DNA of 64,000 bases from an uncultured bacterium (lineage in GTDB: Bacteria; Patescibacteriota; Minisyncoccia; UBA6257; 2-01-FULL-56-20), in NCBI GenBank assembly GCA_963707865.1, contig OY970175.1:16748-80747 (forward strand), read 5' to 3'. The notes under the pieces were generated by a model. That model worked only from the letters and a program-made list of their open reading frames with translations, searched no databases and was not told the DNA's origin. The position numbers and the translations under genes were made by a program. How positions within the stretch are numbered: position 1 is the first letter of the stretch; every line of letters begins with the position of its first letter. This document shows, one piece after another, positions 58,000 to 64,000 of this stretch.

Positions 58000-58998
58000 A
58001 TGAGCACAATTATAAAAACCGCGGAGTTCGTTTCGCCGAAGCATCCGGACAAGGCCTGCGACCAGATTGCGGACGCGCTTCTTGACGCTTATCTTGCGGG
58101 CGACAAAGCGGGGGGGCCGCGAAGCCGCGTGGCGGTGGAGGTGATGGGCGGGCACGGACACATCACGATCTCGGGCGAGGTCACGAGCGCGACCGAGGTG
58201 GACATTCCCATGGTGGTGAAGAGAATCGTGGGTCAGGAATACGAAGTTCATCCGTACCTTACGAGGCAAAGCCCGCAGATCGCGCAGGGCGTGGACACGG
58301 GTGGCGCAGGAGACCAGGGGATCATGATGGGCTATGCCACGCGCGAAACGGAAAATTTCATGCCGGTTGAATACGAACTCGCGCGGAAACTGTGCCGCGC
58401 GATCTACGAAAAATATCCGTACGACGGGAAAACGCAGGTGACGGTGGAATGGCCGAGCGGTACGGGGAACGGAACGCCAAAAGTGCGCACGGTCGTCGCA
58501 AGTTTCCAGAACACAAAGAATGCGGAACTCCTCGCGCTTGCACAGAAGGCGATGCAGGAATTCGGGTACGACGCCCAAGAATATCTGATAAATCCGGCAG
58601 GCGAGTGGACGCTTGGGAGCTTTGATGCGGATTCGGGACTCTCCGGCAGGAAGATCGTGATAGACAACTATGGCCCGGAGGTCGGCGTGGGCGGCGGCTC
58701 ATTTTCGGGAAAAGATTACACAAAAGTGGACCGGTCGGGCGCGTACATGACGCGGCGGATCGCAGTGGATTATTTGAAGAACCATCCGGAGGCAAAGACC
58801 GCGCGCGCGAAGCTCGCCTACGCGATCGGGAAAGCGGAACCCGTGATGGCGGTCATAGAAGTGAATGGCGAAGAGTTCCCGATAGAAGGATACGACCTCA
58901 CGCCAAAAGGAATTTTCACGTTTCTGAAATTGAGCGAGGTGAAATGGTTAGAGACGGCCGCGTGGGGCCACTTCGGAAGGGAGTTCAGCTGGGGATAG
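58000..58998 (+). CDS. metK: S-adenosylmethionine synthetase (compact, 332 aa)
   Basis: GHPDK, GAGDQG, GGGSFSGKD, DRSGAY and AWGHFGR motifs. Confidence 0.85.
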   Translation: MSTIIKTAEFVSPKHPDKACDQIADALLDAYLAGDKAGGPRSRVAVEVMGGHGHITISGEVTSATEVDIPMVVKRIVGQEYEVHPYLTRQSPQIAQGVDTGGAGDQGIMMGYATRETENFMPVEYELARKLCRAIYEKYPYDGKTQVTVEWPSGTGNGTPKVRTVVASFQNTKNAELLALAQKAMQEFGYDAQEYLINPAGEWTLGSFDADSGLSGRKIVIDNYGPEVGVGGGSFSGKDYTKVDRSGAYMTRRIAVDYLKNHPEAKTARAKLAYAIGKAEPVMAVIEVNGEEFPIEGYDLTPKGIFTFLKLSEVKWLETAAWGHFGREFSWG

Positions 58999-59019
58999 GA
59001 ACGCACCAGGCGTTGTTTG

Positions 59020-59481
59020 CTAGTTCAGCGTCCAGACGGCGTAGTTTAAATACCCGGCGAAGCTGACCCAGAGGATATAGGGCAGAAGAAGATATGCGGC
59101 CACGGGAGAGATTTTATAGAACGTAAGAATAGTGGCGAGGATCGCGAGCCAGAGAAGAACGATGTCCGCGAATGCGCCCGCGGGGTTGTGCGCGCCGAAA
59201 AATATCGCCGACCACGCCATGTTCAAGAGCAATTGAACGCCGAATATGATGAGCGCGGTCCGGACCTCGGTGCGTTCAAATCCTTTTTGCCACACAAGAA
59301 ACGCCGCGATGCCCATCAAAAGATAAAGCGTTGTCCAGACGGGGCCGAAGATCCAGTTTGGAGGATTCAGAGCGGGCTTTATAAGCCCCGCGTACCAGCC
59401 AGAAATGGCAGGGACGGTAAATATGGAACCCACGGCGCCAGCGAGTTCGCAGATAACGACGGCAACGACGAGCTGGACCAT
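59020..59481 (-). CDS. TspO/MBR tryptophan-rich sensory protein
   Basis: Five TM helices; PPNWIFGPVWTTLYLLMG signature; start trimmed to MVQLVV. Confidence 0.75.
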   Translation of the reverse strand: MVQLVVAVVICELAGAVGSIFTVPAISGWYAGLIKPALNPPNWIFGPVWTTLYLLMGIAAFLVWQKGFERTEVRTALIIFGVQLLLNMAWSAIFFGAHNPAGAFADIVLLWLAILATILTFYKISPVAAYLLLPYILWVSFAGYLNYAVWTLN

Positions 59482-59565
59482 AAGAAAAGTATAACAGGTT
59501 CTAAAATGAAGAGCGCCGTTCCCTGGTGGAACGGCGCCGTCTTGCCGTGTAGACAAGACGAAATA

Positions 59566-60957
59566 TCAGAAAACGTAATTCAGACCGAATCGGGGCGTGA
59601 GGACACCGCCGGAGATATTTGTGTTCAGGCCGAGCCGTAGATGTTTCCACGACCTGTGCCTGAGCCAAACCTCCGGTTCGCCTGCATCGGGACGATGGCC
59701 GCCACGTGCACGGTAATAACCGGCTCCGGACAGAAACATCCCGTGGCCGAGAGGCAACTCCTTGGTTCCCCAAACAATGAGTGTCTCTTGTGGAACGCGC
59801 ACGCCGGCGACTCGGGAAAACTGGCCGACGGTAAGGTTTTTGAATACCTTGCTCAGCAGCCCCCCGATTAGAGGAGCTTCGGTCAGCCGGACTTTTCCTC
59901 CCAATTGCATGAAGGGGTGTTTTGAGGTTCCCCCTTGTTCTGAGGTGAAGGAGAGGAATTGCAGGCGCTTCAAGGGTGCCGTGTAGTTAACTGCATTGTT
60001 CGTGAGAAACGGCACCTTCCCGATTTCCGCGAACCCGGAGCCAGAGATTTTTCCGTACGGCGTCTGGACCGCCTAAGTGTAATTTGGTTCCACCATATCG
60101 CCAGCGAAGCCATTAGGCGTGAACGGCAGAACTTCTACATTTAGGCTGCCAGTGGTCTTGGCTATCTGCGCAGAACTGTCTGTGTTGCGCCTTTTTCCGC
60201 CCGCGCCGGTTTGCGCTTTCGCGATCCCACCCATACTTCCGAAAGAAAGCACGGTTGTGATTACGAATGACGCGAACCGCAGTGCCGCTATCAGTTGTTT
60301 CCGCGGATCGATTTTGGACGGGTATAGGAATATCGAGATTGGCCATCCAATGGTCGCCAACGCCATGCGCCAGGTCTCAATCGGGATTTTCAGCCCTTTC
60401 CCTCGGAGCCGTAGCAGGAAGAAAACGAGCGCCAGCGGTAATGACTGAAAGTACGCTAAGCGGAGTATCGGCCACAGGCTTCCGTAATCCGGACCGTTGT
60501 GCTCTCCGGGTTTCGGATTACCCGCGCCGAAATACGCAAGGCTCGCCTTCTGCATCGCTTCCTCGGGGTAACGCTTGTCGTACTTCTGCTTGAGCTCCTC
60601 GAGGTGACTGCTTCGGAGAGCGCTTGTTCGAATTCTCAAGATCACTACCATTCTCGGGTCTTTCTCTCGCTCCCTGCGATCTTCGTACTTTTGGAGTAAA
60701 AGCTCCGCACGTCTCGCGCGTCCCTGGAGTTTGAAATATTCCTGGGGATCGTCACTCGCAGGTTTTTGGAACTCCCCCTTTAGCGAATCGAGCTCGCTCA
60801 TGATCTCCTCGGCTTTCAGAGATGGTATGTCCTTCAGGGTCAGCCATTCCGACACAGTGTCGAGCCGGCTGATTTCCAAAACCACCGGAAGGACGACCAG
60901 AGCGAACAGAACAACAACAGCGAAGTAGAACCACCCCCACTTAATCTCCAATCGCAT
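59566..60957 (-). pseudogene. membrane/secreted protein gene interrupted by a single in-frame TAG (ORFs 60073-60957 and 59566-60015 share one reading frame)
   Basis: Codon 60075-60073 is TAG in the same frame as both ORFs; read through, the product would be ~463 aa (TM helix, coiled coil, TM helices, Gly-rich beta region ending ...GLNYVF). Confidence 0.45.
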
Positions 60958-61099
60958 GCTATCCCCCTATCCTTCTTTTTTTGTGATTTAACAAGCCTAG
61001 TAAAGCAAGTTAAAGGCCGACCATATTTTAGTATATTTATTAATTAATGTCAATCAGTTCGTCGTAATATCTTCATTGGGCGGGTGTATACTGAACCTA

Positions 61100-61825
61100 A
61101 TGTCTCGCAAATCCGGGCGCAAAAAGAAGCTCGCTATTTTTGACATTGACGGGACGATCTTCCGGTCCAGCCTGCTCATTGAACTTGTGGACGCGCTGAT
61201 CCACGAGGGGATCTTCAAGCCGAGCGCGATGCGGATCTACGAGCGGGATAAACGCGCATGGCTTGACCGGAAGGGGGACTACGACGCCTATATTAAAAGT
61301 GTCGTGAGGGCGTTCCTCAAAAATATCAAAGGCGTGCCGTATGTCCGCTTCGCGCGCGTGGCAAAAAAGGTGGTCGCGCTCCACAAGAACCGCGTGTACC
61401 GTTATACGCGCGATCTCGTTCACGCTTTGCGGCGCAAGGGATATTGGCTCGTCGCAATTTCGCACTCGCCGCGCGGGATCGTGGGGCCGTTCGCCGCACA
61501 GATGGGATTTCATAAAGTGTACGGGTTGCTGTACGAGCTTAGCCCCACGGGGCGGTTCAACGGGAAGGTGATGTTTGAGGATCTTATTTTTGACAAGGCG
61601 AAGATCGTGGCACGCGTGCTTGCAAAAGAAGATGTCACGCTTCGCGGGTCCGTGGGCGTGGGGGATACGGAGGGCGACATTCCTTTTTTAAAGCTCGTCA
61701 CCCGGGCGATCTGCTTCAATCCGAACGGGAAGCTCTACCGCGCGGCGCGCCGCCGCGGCTGGGAGGTCATCGTGGAGCGGAAGGATGTGGTGTACCGGAT
61801 TCAACAATCTTATGGAAAAGCTTGA
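61100..61825 (+). CDS. HAD-superfamily hydrolase (HAD-IB, phosphoserine-phosphatase-like)
   Basis: Motif I LAIFDIDGTI, motif II and motif III (GDTEGDIPFL). Confidence 0.65.
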   Translation: MSRKSGRKKKLAIFDIDGTIFRSSLLIELVDALIHEGIFKPSAMRIYERDKRAWLDRKGDYDAYIKSVVRAFLKNIKGVPYVRFARVAKKVVALHKNRVYRYTRDLVHALRRKGYWLVAISHSPRGIVGPFAAQMGFHKVYGLLYELSPTGRFNGKVMFEDLIFDKAKIVARVLAKEDVTLRGSVGVGDTEGDIPFLKLVTRAICFNPNGKLYRAARRRGWEVIVERKDVVYRIQQSYGKA

Positions 61826-62972
61826 AGCAAAAGACCGCGTCTTCACGATCGGCGAATATATAGAGATCCTGAACACGTTCTTCAAGGCGCAGGCGGCGAG
61901 GATCACGGGGGAGGTCTCGGAACTGAAACGCGCGGCATCGGGCCACGTGTATTTCACGATCAAAGGCAAGGGTGACGGCGGCGTGAACGACGGCGGCGTT
62001 TTGGATTGCATCATCTGGAACCGCAACTACGACCTTTGCGGGGTCACGCTTGAAGTGGGCATGGAAGTGATCCTTTCGGGGCACCCGAACATTTACGCGC
62101 CGAACGGACGATTGTCGTTTATCGCGGACACGGTGGAGCTCGTGGGCGAAGGGGCGCTTAAAAAGGCATACGACGCGCTCCGCAAAAAATTGGAAGCCGA
62201 GGGGGTATTCGCGCCAGAGCGGAAACGGCCGCTTCCGGAATATCCGACGAAGATCGGCGTCGTCACGTCCATGAAGGGCGCCGTTATCCATGATTTTCTG
62301 AACAACCTCGGGAAGTTCGGGTTCAAGGTGCGCGCGGCGGATTCGCGCGTGGAGGGCCAGGCAGCGGTCGTGCCTCTTTTGAAAGCGCTTGCCGTTATGC
62401 GGAAGGAAGCGCTCGCGGGGCGGCTTGACGTGCTCGTCCTGATCCGCGGCGGCGGCTCGCTTGAATCGTTGCAGGCGTTCAATAATGAAAAGCTTGTGCG
62501 CGAGATCGTGGATTTCCCGGTGCCGGTCATCGCAGGGATCGGGCATGACAAAGACGTGCCCTTGGCCGCGCTTGCGGCGGACTTTATGGCATCCACCCCG
62601 ACCGCGACGGCGCATCTTTTGAGCGCGCCGTGGGAAGAGGCGTACGCGAAGGTGAGGGAAGTCGCGTATCTTTTTTCCCGGATAGAATCGCGGTTTGAAC
62701 GGATCCGCGCGGACATGGATACCGCCTGGAGCACTGTTTTGGACCGCACGGCGCAGGGGATTGAACACGTGAGGGAAACGCTCACGAACGCGGAGCGATT
62801 ACTGCGGCTCCACGATCCGCGCAGGCCCTTGCGACTCGGCTATGCGATCGTGCGGAAGGATGATGTGGGACGGACGGGGAAATTGGTGCGGAGCGTGCGG
62901 GACGTCACCGCCGGAGATGTTTTGAACACGGAACTTGCGGACGGGGTGGTGAGGTCAAGGGTGGAGGAGTGA
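61812..62972 (+). CDS. xseA: exodeoxyribonuclease VII large subunit
   Basis: N-terminal OB fold (VSELKRAASGHVYFTIKG), catalytic region GIGHDKDVPLAALAADFMASTPTA. Confidence 0.8.
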   Translation: MEKLEAKDRVFTIGEYIEILNTFFKAQAARITGEVSELKRAASGHVYFTIKGKGDGGVNDGGVLDCIIWNRNYDLCGVTLEVGMEVILSGHPNIYAPNGRLSFIADTVELVGEGALKKAYDALRKKLEAEGVFAPERKRPLPEYPTKIGVVTSMKGAVIHDFLNNLGKFGFKVRAADSRVEGQAAVVPLLKALAVMRKEALAGRLDVLVLIRGGGSLESLQAFNNEKLVREIVDFPVPVIAGIGHDKDVPLAALAADFMASTPTATAHLLSAPWEEAYAKVREVAYLFSRIESRFERIRADMDTAWSTVLDRTAQGIEHVRETLTNAERLLRLHDPRRPLRLGYAIVRKDDVGRTGKLVRSVRDVTAGDVLNTELADGVVRSRVEE

Positions 62973-63196
62973 TGATTTTTTAGACGTTTACTTAAATAAA
63001 AACGGACCCCTTGCGGGGTCCTCGGGTGCCTAATGGCAATAGTACTGTCATTATAGTTGAGGACTTTGAATATCGTTTGAGCATGGAAAAAGTTCATTAA
63101 AATCAGAAATCCGCCCGTGAGGGCGGATTTCGATCAAAAACGAGTAAGCCAAATGCTTACTTGGTTATTGTAGCAAAACAGTTGGCTTCGTCAGGT

Positions 63197-63234
63197 GTTT
63201 TTTAATGATTTTTTAATCTCTGTCATGCTATAAT
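63197..63234 (+). promoter_or_regulatory. promoter-like box TTTTTTAATG ... TTTTTTAATC-N10-TATAAT (copy D)
   Basis: GTGTTTTTTAATGATTTTTTAATCTCTGTCATGCTATAATAATCG; drives no ORF. Confidence 0.45.
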
Positions 63235-63240
63235 AATCGT

Positions 63241-63316
63241 GTGCTTGGGGGACTAACGTCCCGTTCGGCAAAGCTGAGCCCAAGCACGCTAAAGACACCG
63301 CGCGAGCGGCGTTTTT
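63241..63316 (+). ncRNA. candidate small structured RNA (10-bp stem GTGCTTGGGG...CCCAAGCAC enclosing GGAC-TAAC-GTCC, then weak hairpin + T5)
   Basis: Promoter, hairpins and T-run in series with no ORF; T-run abuts the stop codon of the convergent BrnT-like gene. Confidence 0.3.
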
Positions 63317-63746
63317 AGTTCTGAGGTTTTGATCCGAATAATTTTTCATCGCGCTTGGGGCTGGTTTGGAAGTCAGGGATAATGCTCCAAAAATGTGTCA
63401 TGCCATTTTCGCCCATCTTTCTTATTACGACCTTGATCTTTTCGCCGCGTAAAATCGCGATAATCCCCCAGTAGCGAACCATTTTATTCTTCCTGCGGTG
63501 CATTTCCACCGTCATTTCAAATTCCTGGTGGGTGGTAGAAAGTCCAATGAGCTCAACTGCCAAGGGAAGCAGGGAAAAGCGTCTGATCTGCTGGTTTCTT
63601 GCGCGCCCCTTGCGGCCTCGTTTGAAAAGGATATGCCGGAAACCGTGATTGGAAAAATATATCAGTTCCCGTAGGGCCGGAGAAAAAACAGCACCGATCG
63701 TTTGGTAATATTTCCCGGCTTCGGCACGAACGAGCCCGTAGTCCAT
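63315..63746 (-). CDS. BrnT-like (DUF497, RelE/ParE superfamily) ribonuclease-toxin-like protein; no adjacent antitoxin ORF
   Basis: C-terminal VRYWGIIAILRGEKIKVVIRKMGE resembles the BrnT R-F/Y-W...RGEKIRIISARKA signature; N-terminal SNHGF resembles the KHG region; assignment by recall only. Confidence 0.35.
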   Translation of the reverse strand: MDYGLVRAEAGKYYQTIGAVFSPALRELIYFSNHGFRHILFKRGRKGRARNQQIRRFSLLPLAVELIGLSTTHQEFEMTVEMHRRKNKMVRYWGIIAILRGEKIKVVIRKMGENGMTHFWSIIPDFQTSPKRDEKLFGSKPQN

Positions 63747-63840
63747 GAACCCATTGTGCTCCGCAAGCCATTAAATCATTCTAAAATTGGGATTGGCCCT
63801 CACGTGCCGAATTTTTTCCGAACGCGGTATAATAAAACCA

Positions 63841-64000
63841 ATGGCTGCGAAACCCGCGAAAGAAGATTTCAAACATCAGTTGGAGGAGATCGGAAAGATC
63901 CTTGCGTGGTTTGACGCGCAGGAGGAACTGGATGTGGAAGCGGCGCTCGGGAAGATAAAGAAAGCGGCGGAGCTTATCAAGGCGAGCCGGAAGAGGTTGG
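63841..64000 (+). CDS. xseB: exodeoxyribonuclease VII small subunit (5' partial in window)
   Basis: MAAKPAKEDFKHQLEEIGKILAWFDAQEELDVEAALGKIKKAAELIKASRKRL matches the XseB helical hairpin; TATAAT at ~63824. Confidence 0.65.
   Translation, partial: MAAKPAKEDFKHQLEEIGKILAWFDAQEELDVEAALGKIKKAAELIKASRKRL

Noticed and set aside
59566-60957. Genetic-code reassignment of TAG as explanation for the in-frame amber codon
   Set aside because: TAG, TGA and TAA all occur as terminal codons of well-supported genes in the window (e.g. rpmJ ends TAG, gatB and serS end TGA); a local event is more parsimonious, though readthrough is not excluded
958-62768. Long antisense or out-of-frame ORFs inside clearly assigned genes (e.g. 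958-1713, 1190-1780, 4228-5577, 12085-13179, 20218-20988, 22027-23049, 35973-36515, 54423-55367, 56462-57430, 61767-62768)
   Set aside because: High GC suppresses stop codons on the opposite strand; each overlaps a gene with strong homology and shows no motif of its own
62840-63097. 85-aa minus-strand ORF downstream of the BrnT-like gene, considered as a possible BrnA-type antitoxin
   Set aside because: Mostly antisense to the 3' end of xseA; no RHH/antitoxin-like features; 220 nt of hairpins separate it from the toxin gene

Overview
Gene-dense, high-GC bacterial window, mostly housekeeping genes. Identified core genes: tmk, gatB, miaA, thrS, serS, murI, alr, lepA, pcm, dnaG-rpoD, alaS, nrdJ (class II RNR), valS, metK behind a SAM-I riboswitch, xseA/xseB, and the ribosomal cluster infA-rpmJ-rpsM-rpsK-rpsD-rpoA-rplQ-rplM-rpsI. 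Compact aminoacyl-tRNA synthetases, an rpoA without a C-terminal domain, weak or absent Shine-Dalgarno sequences, -10 boxes lying next to start codons and many small membrane hypotheticals suggest a reduced-genome lineage, possibly CPR/Patescibacteria; this is inference. Interspersed AT-richer accessory insertions: (a) a hicB-hicA pair plus a small ORF between rpoD and alaS; (b) a BrnT-like toxin gene and a promoter+hairpin sRNA-like unit between xseA and xseB; (c) an IS481-family element between two DUF11 surface-protein genes, flanked by ~425-bp near-identical direct repeats and GGN tracts of different length; (d) a hypothetical gene at 10.8 kb. Four of these cassettes carry the same promoter-like box (TTTTTAATG-N9-13-TATAAT). 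Other non-coding signals: a 16-nt motif plus palindrome at a fixed 12-nt offset from two start codons, with a related GTAGAACC palindrome before nrdJ; a 172-nt nested palindromic element beside an sRNA-like promoter/terminator unit; a 22-bp perfect inverted repeat in a 5' UTR; a duplicated lepA 5' fragment; and a protein gene split by one in-frame TAG. tRNA-Gly(CCC) and tRNA-Pro(GGG) are present; no CRISPR array or rRNA. Coordinates of non-ORF features are approximate (about +/-2 nt).
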